Shown: piece after piece, positions 30,623-39,254 of the stretch
Layout: each line of letters opens with the position of its first letter
How positions within the stretch are numbered: the stretch's first letter is position 1
IMG/VR virus record: IMGVR_UViG_3300013121_000022
Span: 96,001 to 160,000 of that record
DNA: 64,000 nt
Direction: 5' to 3' (one strand)
DNA from: a virus
Lineage: Duplodnaviria > Caudoviricetes
Translations under genes and position numbers: made by a program
The notes under the pieces: model-generated
Database searches by the model: none
What the model was told of the DNA's origin: nothing
The model's input: the letters and a program-made list of their open reading frames with translations, nothing else

Positions 30623-30695
30623 GCCGGATTAGCTCAGTTGGTAGAGTATCTTTTTCGTAAAAAGAGGGTCACGAGTTCGATTCTCGTATCCGGCT
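30623..30695 (+). tRNA. tRNA-Thr(CGU)
   Basis: TCTTT-TTCGTAA-AAAGA. Confidence 0.92.
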
Positions 30696-30775
30696 CAGGT
30701 TCGTTTCATTGTGTCTCATTTAGGAATGAGACAAAGCCTCTTGACAAAGAGGCTTTTTTGATCTATATTTGTCTC

Positions 30776-30982
30776 ATGACATCTAAAACCGATAAGCCAA
30801 AGAAAATTGAAGCAGGACGCTATTTGTATCGTGGTGTAATTATTCGTCGCAATCCATCAGTCGCGTCGGGTTGGTATGGATCGTGGTTATTCAACGACAG
30901 CGGAGCAGATAGTTTGAATGATGCCTGCCAACAAATCGATTCTCGAATTGAGGCCAGAAAAAATGAAACTATCAATCGCTAA
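30776..30982 (+). CDS. hypothetical protein (leaderless)
   Basis: TTGACA(30741)-17-TATATT, ATG 7 nt later. Confidence 0.65.
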   Translation: MTSKTDKPKKIEAGRYLYRGVIIRRNPSVASGWYGSWLFNDSGADSLNDACQQIDSRIEARKNETINR

Positions 30983-31310
30983 TCTCCGAAAAAGCGAAAT
31001 TCCTTCCGAAGTAAAGAATCGTGTTTTAGATTTGATCAAAACCCATCGTACTCGTGCTTTGTCTTTGGAATATCGAGACAATCTTTATCTTGACGAAGGA
31101 TCGGACTATACGTTTTATTTGAACGGTGAACAAAAATCTGTTTCCATGATGTCCGCCGAAGGGTTTCATGCTGGTGGTCAGCCGATTGAATATAAGGTTG
31201 GCGCAACCCTGCCTCTGCCATTTGGTGTGTGGGTCGTGGAAAGGAAATTGTTTTTGGGTAAATATCTTATTCGCATTATTCACAACAACGGACAAAAGGA
31301 GCTGAAATGA
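30963..31310 (+). CDS. hypothetical protein
   Basis: GAGG RBS; operon packing. Confidence 0.6.
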   Translation: MKLSIANLRKSEIPSEVKNRVLDLIKTHRTRALSLEYRDNLYLDEGSDYTFYLNGEQKSVSMMSAEGFHAGGQPIEYKVGATLPLPFGVWVVERKLFLGKYLIRIIHNNGQKELK

Positions 31311-31507
31311 AGTTCTATTATGTGGCCTATACATGGGTAGATAACACATCAAACGGAGTCGGTAATGCATACATTACTTCTACAGGGCTAGACAACAAAA
31401 CCGCAATTGAACTCGTCAAACAAAACATTATCGATTTGCTGGCTAAAGAAAGAGATAATCCTAACGTTGTGATTACAAACTTGATTGAATTAAGGAGTCT
31501 CGACTAA
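31307..31507 (+). CDS. hypothetical protein
   Basis: AAGGAG RBS, ATGA overlap. Confidence 0.6.
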   Translation: MKFYYVAYTWVDNTSNGVGNAYITSTGLDNKTAIELVKQNIIDLLAKERDNPNVVITNLIELRSLD

Positions 31508-31508
31508 T

Positions 31509-31745
31509 ATGAAACGCCAATACTATCTCACTTACGTTAAGCTCCCGCCCGAAGACGAATTTGATGAATGGACGCAAATCGCCAAAACAAAAACTTTATC
31601 ACAAGCGTCTCAGGCAGCTGTCGATGCAGGTGCTGAGGCAGTGATTTATTTCGTTACTGATACGCTGGCAGGTCGTCATTGGTATCGCAATTCTGTTTGC
31701 ATCAATGACTTGGTTCACTACAACAAAATTGTTTTTGCGGCATAA
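31509..31745 (+). CDS. hypothetical protein
   Basis: AAGGAG RBS. Confidence 0.6.
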   Translation: MKRQYYLTYVKLPPEDEFDEWTQIAKTKTLSQASQAAVDAGAEAVIYFVTDTLAGRHWYRNSVCINDLVHYNKIVFAA

Positions 31746-31757
31746 AGGATTCATAAC

Positions 31758-32651
31758 ATGGGATACGCACACATCGAAAATCTTTACAAGCCACATGTAA
31801 AAGAACTTCTCTTTATGTTTCGGGAAGTCTATGCACTCGAAAAGATACATGGATGCTCCGCCGAAATTAAGTTTACCGCCGAGATTGGAACTGGCAAAGT
31901 TGATGTTAGTTTTGACGGTGGGCTATTGTCGCCAGAACAATTCTCAAACATTATCGACAAGTCTATTGTAGAAAAGTTCGTGGAACTGAACAAGCAATAC
32001 AACAACGAAAGCATGTCTGTGTTTGGTGAGCTCTACGGTGGATCGATCAACCATATGAGCAAGGTGTATGGAGAGGAAAAACGCTTTGTTGTTTTTGATG
32101 TCAAGGTTGGCGATGTTTTCTTGTCTGTGCCACAGGCCGAAGACACAGCGAATCGACTTGGACTGGAATTCGTATCTTACAAGCGCATTCCGGTAACGAT
32201 TGAAGCCATTGATGCTGAACGGGACGCCGAATCGGTTCAGGCTATCCGCGTCGGAATGGGTTCTGGCAAATATCGCGAAGGTGTGGTTTTGCGTCCGTTG
32301 TTTGAAGCACGACTGAATAACGGCGAGCGAATTGTAGCCAAACACAAGCGTCCAGAACATTCTGAAACAAAGACTCCGCGAACTCTGAATGAGGATGAAC
32401 TGAAAGTCCTGTCCGATGCCAATGAAGTTGCAGAGGAATGGGTTACGGAAACCAGACTCCAGCATGTCTTGGACAAGATTACCGGAACACGAGATATGAA
32501 GTTGATGGGAACGGTAATAAAGGCCATGACTGAGGATGTGTACCGAGAGGCGCATGGCGAAATCGTGGAATCCAAAGCTATTCAAGGCGCAATCAGCAAG
32601 AAAACGGTTGCGCTTTACAAGAACTACCTTGAAACCGACAGCGTTCAATAA
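31758..32651 (+). CDS. RNA ligase, Rnl2-like
   Basis: motif I EKIHG, FGELYG, FVVFDV, EGVVLRP, AKHK. Confidence 0.85.
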   Translation: MGYAHIENLYKPHVKELLFMFREVYALEKIHGCSAEIKFTAEIGTGKVDVSFDGGLLSPEQFSNIIDKSIVEKFVELNKQYNNESMSVFGELYGGSINHMSKVYGEEKRFVVFDVKVGDVFLSVPQAEDTANRLGLEFVSYKRIPVTIEAIDAERDAESVQAIRVGMGSGKYREGVVLRPLFEARLNNGERIVAKHKRPEHSETKTPRTLNEDELKVLSDANEVAEEWVTETRLQHVLDKITGTRDMKLMGTVIKAMTEDVYREAHGEIVESKAIQGAISKKTVALYKNYLETDSVQ

Positions 32652-32888
32652 CAAAATTGAAGCACTGCTAGTCGATTTACATCGATGGGGAGTGCTTCAA
32701 TGTATTATCCGACAAGATCAAATGTTTTGCACTCCACCTGTAGCCGGACGTCCATCAATTGTTGATATGTTTGAAGTTGAATGGAGCGTTCATTCAGTCA
32801 AAGACGTTCCAGAGATCGTCTTGTACGTGACGGACACTACAGCCTACACGCGATTGCACAAATGGAATCAGAAAGAAAGCTTACTGAC

Positions 32889-33614
32889 ATGGACAATCTA
32901 AAAGAGATTGGGCAAACATGGATTGTTGAATTTCCAAGAACAAAACATCTTCCATTTCGCCCTAACGCCACTCGTGATGACCTAATTGCTACCCAAGTTC
33001 AGGCAAGCATTATTTTTGATCCGGCAGTTGTCGTATCAACAACTGAAAAAGTAGACGGGGCACAATTGGGAGTTGGAATTGTTGATGGTAATCTTTGTAT
33101 CCGCAACCGAAATCACGTGCTCAATAAAGGTTATCTCAGTCGCGGGGCGGCAGGCCGACAATTTGCGCCAACATGGACGTATTTTTACAAGCGAATTGAA
33201 GCACTAAAGGCAATGGAAAAGTTCGCAGGTGAGCCTTTGGTAATTTACGGAGAGTGGTTGTATGCGGTTCATTCAATTGTTTATGACACTTTAACTGTTC
33301 CGTTTTTGAGTTATGATATTTATTTGCCGGAACAAAAGATATTTATTAAAGGTGCTCTGGCTAGATCGCTACTAGAAAACTTTGGATGGTCAGTTGTTGA
33401 ACAACTTGAAAACAAGGGATCGTATGAAGAATTGTCGAAGTTGTGTCACCAAAAATCGGCCTATGGATCGACTAAGCGAGAGGGTGTTTATCTGTCGGTC
33501 TGCGCCGATAAAAAATCAGTCACACATCGATTCAAAATGGTACGTTCAGATTTCATTACTGGTGAACACTGGTCTAAGCGATCTATTATCAAGCAACCTA
33601 TGGTGAGGTTTTAA
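32889..33614 (+). CDS. RNA ligase-family nucleotidyltransferase
   Basis: FPRTKHL, EKVDG, YGEWL..HSI.Y, EGVY, KMVR. Confidence 0.85.
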   Translation: MDNLKEIGQTWIVEFPRTKHLPFRPNATRDDLIATQVQASIIFDPAVVVSTTEKVDGAQLGVGIVDGNLCIRNRNHVLNKGYLSRGAAGRQFAPTWTYFYKRIEALKAMEKFAGEPLVIYGEWLYAVHSIVYDTLTVPFLSYDIYLPEQKIFIKGALARSLLENFGWSVVEQLENKGSYEELSKLCHQKSAYGSTKREGVYLSVCADKKSVTHRFKMVRSDFITGEHWSKRSIIKQPMVRF

Positions 33615-33859
33615 TGATTCACTTAACACAAAAATCAAAAGATGATCACACCCATATTGACAAGGGCGATGTCGTTGTTACGCTTTGCGAACAACATGTT
33701 CCGTTTACGACAGCACAGGCAGATTGTGTGAGACATGCTATCAATCTTCTGGCGGTTGCCAATCAAAACATTTAATCTAGTTCCATTTGATGATGGAATA
33801 TACAGCACTTGACAATTTGGATTTATTATTATAATATGGTCGCACAGGAGTAAATACTT

Positions 33860-34195
33860 ATGCCAAGTTCTGATTTGCGAATTGTTCAAAAATTTCATAA
33901 TCGATATTCCGCCGAAGACTTGCAAAATCTGAGTCGTGCTAGTTACCATCGTTGTGCATACCTAGATAGCTTTGGCGGAACATGTGTATATGAAATTTTA
34001 GGAGCAACCGAACAACATAAGCCGATTTGCTATTATGTTGTCGAAGTGGCTGACGCTTATAAGCATCGTGGATCGATTAGAAACGGAGATATTGTGGCGG
34101 TAGTGTATTTTCCTGATGATCCAGATGGAAAGGAACGCAACAAAGAGTTTCGCAAGCACATTGATACTGTAAAGGTCGATCTTCGACTAGAATGA
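33860..34195 (+). CDS. hypothetical protein
   Basis: TTGACA/TATAAT promoter, AGGAG RBS. Confidence 0.65.
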   Translation: MPSSDLRIVQKFHNRYSAEDLQNLSRASYHRCAYLDSFGGTCVYEILGATEQHKPICYYVVEVADAYKHRGSIRNGDIVAVVYFPDDPDGKERNKEFRKHIDTVKVDLRLE

Positions 34196-34290
34196 GGTTT
34201 GGTAGCCAGACAAATATAACAAGTTGGCCGCACTCAATTTTTTAAGTTTTACCTATTGACATTTAGTTCATAAGCGTCTATACTGTCTTC

Positions 34291-34463
34291 TGTAAGTGAG
34301 AGAGAGATTGAGAGAGACGGGCGCAAGTCCGGCGAGTACGCAAGTTCTGATATACCACTCAGCCAGCCAGATAGAACGGTGGAGCGAACAATGGAGTGGC
34401 AACCCGATAAGCAGGGTTGGCAAGCGCACTGATAGTAGGAACGCTGTCAGGCTCAATCTTACA
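34291..34463 (+). ncRNA. candidate structured ncRNA (~170 nt)
   Basis: own promoter TTGACA(34256)-17-TATACT; ends pair TGTAAG/CTTACA and GATTGAG/CTCAATC; GCAA-capped hairpins. Confidence 0.65.
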
Positions 34464-34492
34464 AAAAACACAACCGAAAGGATAACGCGGCA

Positions 34493-34684
34493 ATGTCAAA
34501 ACTCAATTTGGGCGACACGGTGTATGTAAAGGGTTTTCGGAATCAAGGGACAACGACCATTGCTCGGTTTATGATCAATAAAAAGGGCGGAGTTGTATTG
34601 AACAATCCGATTAACGGTTTGTGGTGCTGGAATGTGAAGGATTTGGTTAAGATCAAATTACCAAAGGTGTTTAATGGAAATTAG
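34493..34684 (+). CDS. hypothetical protein
   Basis: AAGGA RBS. Confidence 0.55.
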   Translation: MSKLNLGDTVYVKGFRNQGTTTIARFMINKKGGVVLNNPINGLWCWNVKDLVKIKLPKVFNGN

Positions 34685-34859
34685 CGTGGGATTGAAAGTC
34701 ACATGGAATGACAACGGATTAACCCGATGGGATTATTTTGAACTTGTCATTCGCAACGGGCAGGAATTAGTTTTGTCGGGTTTTGGAAAAACCGTTCACA
34801 TCAAGGTTGAGGACTTGAAATATATCGAACCATTTGGAAAGTTACCAGAAAACGGTTGA
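34674..34859 (+). CDS. hypothetical protein
   Basis: AAGGTG RBS, overlap. Confidence 0.5.
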   Translation: MEISVGLKVTWNDNGLTRWDYFELVIRNGQELVLSGFGKTVHIKVEDLKYIEPFGKLPENG

Positions 34860-35073
34860 TGCCATTTGTATACTCTGTGATGTAGAAATCCAGCATACCG
34901 CGTTCGCGGAGGCATAAGAATGGGTGCAACCTGTGGTCTTGTCTGAGTAGGCAAAGGTCATGAACTTTGTTTGAATGGCATCATCCGTTTTCTGATAAAT
35001 TCGGTGGTACGATAACGCAAGTAATCTTGAAATTGATCCTTGACAGGATAGCAAAAGCGACTATAATTTTTTT

Positions 35074-36078
35074 CTGTTGGCCTGAACTTTACAAAAATTA
35101 CTGAGGGCGCTAATGGAGTTCAACTCTCCATCAGTAACATATCCAAATTGGAGTGGGGTAGTGCATACCCAAATCAAGGGAGGAAGCAAGCGAAAGCAAG
35201 CTGAAACCTGAGATTGAAACTCTAAGGCGGAGGGAACATCTAGTTCCCTTAGATAAAACCCGTAAGGGTAATAAAGGCGGATACCAATGGTCTGCCGGAT
35301 GCAAATCTCAACTAGACGAACTATCTTCGCTTGTGTTGGTGTAGGTGGTCGGCAAGAAATTGCAGGCTACTGAACAGCTAAGCCCACTGAAAAGGTGGTG
35401 AGTCCGAAAGACAAAACAATAAGATAGAGGGTAACAAGTTCGTTCGCAAGACGGGCGCTTACAAGACAATCGGCATCACTCCTAGCGGAACTTGCCAGAA
35501 AGTTAAGCGGTTACTGACAGCAAATCAGTGGCGGCAAAATGTGTGGTGTGGTAAAGGGATGCGTAAAAGTGTCTACAACCCGACAGGATACATCACGCAC
35601 AATTGGAAAAACTCTGCCTGAAGCTCAGGCTTGGCCTCTTAAGCAAATGCAATCGCAAAAATAAAGTCCTGTAGGTGTACGAGATTTACAGATACCCCTT
35701 CATTACCGTAACCAATCGGTGAATCAAGGCCACGAGCTTTGATATGTGCAACGAGTGAAGGATGTTCGGCGGCTTGCAACCGTTGGGCATCAGGCGCGGC
35801 GAGTGCATAGAAGATTTCGTAAACCTGAGTGGGTTGGGCTAAACCCACAAAAAGAAACTAAGCGACATCGTAAGCACAACGATACGCAAGGATAGCGGGG
35901 TAAAGTGTAGGATGATTGGGGTAACTCGATCTTGGAACAGAGCGGACACTGTGACGAACAGAACTGCTTGACTCTACACTAAAAAACGGAATGTGGCCTG
36001 AACCGTTTCTTGAAACGACTACCCTCTGGACTATATAGTCGAATGGACATATAATTCAGAGAGTGGTCATTTTTGTTT
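35074..36078 (+). ncRNA. large (~1 kb) structured ncRNA, possibly GOLLD-like
   Basis: no ORF of 60 aa or more on +; promoter TTGACA(35040)/TATAAT(35062); about 20 helices with GNRA loops; terminator-like hairpin at 36017-36078. Confidence 0.8.
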
Positions 36079-36101
36079 AACCGAAAGATGGAAAATTTTA
36101 C

Positions 36102-36698
36102 ATGAAGATGAATGCTGTTATGGTCGGAGATGTACACGGCAAGTGGGATCAATTCAAGTCGATTGCTGAAAAGGCAACGATGCCTGTGTTTCAGGTCGGT
36201 GACTTTGGATTTGGACTACGGAATCGTAAGCCCAACATCAAAGGCGATTGGCGTTTCATTCGCGGCAATCATGACGATCCAAGTTTAGCTAAAAAGGACA
36301 GTCATTATGCTGGCGACTTTGGCGTTTGGAACGGAGTGTTCTTTGTTTCGGGCGCAGCTTCAATTGATGTTGGTCAGCGTACTACTGGTGTTGACTGGTG
36401 GCCGGATGAACAATTGAATTACACGCAAATGCAAGAGGCATACAATCTGTATGTAAGATTTAAGCCAAAAATTGTTATCACTCATGATTGTCCAGATCAT
36501 TTCAAGTCGCATTTTATGACCTATGTCATCAAGCGATCCTCGACCGGAGTTTTATTGAATGCACTATATGAATTTCATGAGCCAGAGTTGTGGGTTTTTG
36601 GTCATCACCACAAAAGTCAGCAAACTCGATTCGGAAAAACAATGTTTGTTGGCCTTAGAGAACTTGAAACCCAAGAAATTGAATGGACGATTCCATAA
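36102..36698 (+). CDS. metallophosphoesterase
   Basis: GDVHG, VGDFG, RGNHD, THDCP, FGHHH. Confidence 0.92.
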   Translation: MKMNAVMVGDVHGKWDQFKSIAEKATMPVFQVGDFGFGLRNRKPNIKGDWRFIRGNHDDPSLAKKDSHYAGDFGVWNGVFFVSGAASIDVGQRTTGVDWWPDEQLNYTQMQEAYNLYVRFKPKIVITHDCPDHFKSHFMTYVIKRSSTGVLLNALYEFHEPELWVFGHHHKSQQTRFGKTMFVGLRELETQEIEWTIP

Positions 36699-36718
36699 TA
36701 TAGTCAAAAGAGAAGATC

Positions 36719-37360
36719 ATGACAACCTGTAAATGCTGTGGATCAATTATTACCAATGGAAACTCTCGTACATGGGATGAAATTCCGAGTTGCTTCAACT
36801 GGAGTCGTCGGGCGGTTGAAGTTGCTTTAGTTCAAAACTCCCCTATTGTGTTTTATGGCAATGTATGGGCATCGATCATAGCAGAGGCAACCAAGATTCT
36901 TGATAAGGAACTGGCGGTTTATCATGTCAAACCTTGTCCTTGCGGCAACTTCCGAAGCGCAGTTGCTTCGTGTACATGTTCGGTTAGACAAATTCAGTCG
37001 TGGGAGCGTAAACGCGATTTTCAAAGAGCATTGAGTGTGTATCATTTATGGATTGAAATTCATGATGCTGATGGACGACTAGATATTCATCAAAACAGGA
37101 CAGAAAAGATCGCTGATATTGTCAGTCGATCTAAAAGAGCACGAGATAAATTATCTAAGATCGATTCAAATCTCATTGAGGATTCGGGACAATCTCTATT
37201 ACAGGCATGGGACAGACAATCTCATATGTCGTATCGTTTACCAGCAATCAAGCATGTTGCAACCAGTATTGCATCTCTCTCGGCTTTATACTCAAGCGTC
37301 AACCATCTTTCGGCGGTACATATCGCTGAATCCATCCAATATCAGCGCAAAAATTGGTAA
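36719..37360 (+). CDS. degenerate ComM/YifB (Mg-chelatase-like) protein
   Basis: RRAVEVA, PCPCGNF..CTCS..QI and HIAESIQY motifs, but no Walker A/B. Confidence 0.6.
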   Translation: MTTCKCCGSIITNGNSRTWDEIPSCFNWSRRAVEVALVQNSPIVFYGNVWASIIAEATKILDKELAVYHVKPCPCGNFRSAVASCTCSVRQIQSWERKRDFQRALSVYHLWIEIHDADGRLDIHQNRTEKIADIVSRSKRARDKLSKIDSNLIEDSGQSLLQAWDRQSHMSYRLPAIKHVATSIASLSALYSSVNHLSAVHIAESIQYQRKNW

Positions 37361-37395
37361 TTGACAAATATATCATTTTGATCCACAATAACTGC

Positions 37396-37824
37396 ATGAA
37401 CACTACAAAATACATTCCTCGGCCTGACGCAACTTATCCAGAAATTCTGAAAACTCTCAAACATACCGCTACATATTTCAATGAATTGGTGGCGGCTATG
37501 GGACACAAGATCAAGTTTTTGGTTGCCGATGGAGAAATTGTTGTATCGGCAGATGGAATATACGAAGTATGTCGGATTGCTTTTTCTCGTGTTGAACAGA
37601 AATCGTTTGTGAAGAACACTACAACTCCGAAGTGGGAAGTGTATGCCTTGAAAACACTGCGGAGCACTCATTGGGATGAACCCGATGACGTTGATGCAGT
37701 TGAACTTGGTGAAACCAACAACTTTTGGGAACTCCTACCGCTGGTCGTTGGCATATTTTACAAAATTCAAACCGAACAATGGTTGGAAAACAAGGCTGAA
37801 CAAGAAAGCGATAAGGATTTATGA
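37396..37824 (+). CDS. hypothetical protein (leaderless)
   Basis: TTGACA(37361)-17-CACAAT, ATG 7 nt later. Confidence 0.6.
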   Translation: MNTTKYIPRPDATYPEILKTLKHTATYFNELVAAMGHKIKFLVADGEIVVSADGIYEVCRIAFSRVEQKSFVKNTTTPKWEVYALKTLRSTHWDEPDDVDAVELGETNNFWELLPLVVGIFYKIQTEQWLENKAEQESDKDL

Positions 37825-37988
37825 GCGACCACATTGCCCGTACTCAAAAGATCGTCAACCGCCGACACACTGACACTACAAAAATCTGCTACGGTTCGCC
37901 AACCGCTCACCAAAACGGCAAAGATCGAGCTTCACGCCGAACACGCCGCATCGTCAAAGCATTTCTTCGCAATCAAAATTTTGAATAA
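37821..37988 (+). CDS. 55-aa Arg-rich protein (not in ORF track)
   Basis: AAGGA RBS, ATGA overlap; ...KDRASRRTRRIVKAFLRN. Confidence 0.55.
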   Translation: MSDHIARTQKIVNRRHTDTTKICYGSPTAHQNGKDRASRRTRRIVKAFLRNQNFE

Positions 37989-38003
37989 AGAAAGCAGGTA
38001 GAC

Positions 38004-38222
38004 ATGGTAAATTTTCTTTTGGGCGTTGTTATGGTTTCAATCATTAACGTAATAGCAAGCATTATTTACACTGTGGCCTATACATCTGTCGAATCGAAAT
38101 ACGATTTTTTTGTTGCTTTGAGTGTCCGCGTTGCGCTATCTGTCTTCTGGCCTATCACCGTATTCTTTTGGGTTTTAGCGGACATCATTCGGTTCTGGCA
38201 GAAGCGTTACATTGAAAATTAG
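38004..38222 (+). CDS. small membrane protein
   Basis: two TM helices. Confidence 0.6.
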   Translation: MVNFLLGVVMVSIINVIASIIYTVAYTSVESKYDFFVALSVRVALSVFWPITVFFWVLADIIRFWQKRYIEN

Positions 38223-38262
38223 TTCTTGACAAAATACGGTCAAATGAGTATAACAAGCCAAG

Positions 38263-38394
38263 CGATCTGCGTGTTTTTGATAAGTTGAAATCGATGGAAG
38301 ATACAATACCCTGTCTCATCGGGCGAATCAAGAACCAACCAGAAACGGGATGCGATTTCAAGAGTAAAGGGATTTGAGAGATCGGCGCAGATCG
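38263..38394 (+). ncRNA. candidate structured ncRNA (~130 nt)
   Basis: promoter at 38226; CGATCTGCG/CGCAGATCG and TTGAAATCG/CGATTTCAA nested stems. Confidence 0.55.
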
Positions 38395-38406
38395 AGATTT
38401 ATATCT

Positions 38407-38760
38407 ATGAAAAATAAATTCAAAGTTGCCGCTCCATACGGACTAAAAACTGCTTATAGGTGGATTGTTGCGCCTAATGGAACTCCAGTGCTTGGAGTAT
38501 CAACCGGAGAATACTTGCAACGTATCGGCAATTTACGCGAGTCGGTTGTATATGTATTGAAAAGATCGGACAATCCAAAGCGCAAATGGGAAAACGATGT
38601 ATCGCGCTGTTTGTATTGTGATTATGGCGGCATTATCAGAAAGATTATCCATTATCTTCATCGAACTCGCACTTTTGAAAAATGGGAACTTGACGACATG
38701 GGTGATGAAATGCTAGATCACCTGAACGAATTGAGAAAAAGATACTTGACATCAGAGTAA
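38407..38760 (+). CDS. hypothetical protein
   Basis: ORF track, second Met. Confidence 0.5.
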   Translation: MKNKFKVAAPYGLKTAYRWIVAPNGTPVLGVSTGEYLQRIGNLRESVVYVLKRSDNPKRKWENDVSRCLYCDYGGIIRKIIHYLHRTRTFEKWELDDMGDEMLDHLNELRKRYLTSE

Positions 38761-38784
38761 AGCCTGCTATAATCGTTGAGGTTC

Positions 38785-38857
38785 GGGCAATTAGCGTAGT
38801 TGGGAACGCATCTCAATGGCATTGAGAAGATCATGGGTTCGAGTCCCATATTGTCCA
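38785..38857 (+). tRNA. tRNA-Ala(GGC)
   Basis: G3:U70; TCTCA-ATGGCAT-TGAGA. Confidence 0.92.
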
Positions 38858-38877
38858 CAGGAAAGAAATAATAACAC

Positions 38878-39174
38878 ATGAAAGCATTGTTACTCAAGGC
38901 TGATAGATCGGAGCGGATGGTTGAACCAATCAACGGGAGATTTGACTTGAATCAAATCTACTCTCTGATTGGGTGTGAAGTTTTTCAACCCATTCAACTC
39001 AATGACAACCGGAAAGTTTTATTGGTCGATGAAGACGGAAAACTAAAAAAACTACCAATCAATCAAAGGGCAACAAAGCTTTTTCATCAAGCAGGCGGAG
39101 CGGAATTTGATTTTGTAGTTGGTGATGTGTTGGTTGTTGTTAACAGCGGAAGTCAGTACGTTGGGTATTTGTAG
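38878..39174 (+). CDS. DUF3846-like protein
   Basis: VDEDGKLKKLPINQRAT..VVGDV. Confidence 0.75.
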   Translation: MKALLLKADRSERMVEPINGRFDLNQIYSLIGCEVFQPIQLNDNRKVLLVDEDGKLKKLPINQRATKLFHQAGGAEFDFVVGDVLVVVNSGSQYVGYL

Positions 39175-39179
39175 TTTTT

Positions 39180-39252
39180 GGGCAGGCATGTTCTAAGGGA
39201 GCGAGGAATACTTGCAATATTCCTGTTGTGGGTTCGATTCCCATTCTGTCCA
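39180..39252 (+). tRNA. tRNA-Ala(UGC), atypical D-arm
   Basis: G3:U70; GAATA-CTTGCAA-TATTC. Confidence 0.8.
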
Positions 39253-39254
39253 CT

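Noticed and set aside
31944-32654. 236-aa antisense ORF and similar shadow ORFs
   Set aside because: Opposite a motif-bearing gene; explained by codon bias
36010-36045. Group I intron R/S-like words (AACGACTA, ATATAGTC) at the end of the giant RNA
   Set aside because: Too close together to accommodate P3/P8, no interrupted host gene, and better explained by the terminal hairpin
35074-36078. Group II intron or rRNA identity
   Set aside because: No domain V (GAGCCG..) or GUGCG 5' end, and no universal rRNA motifs recognised
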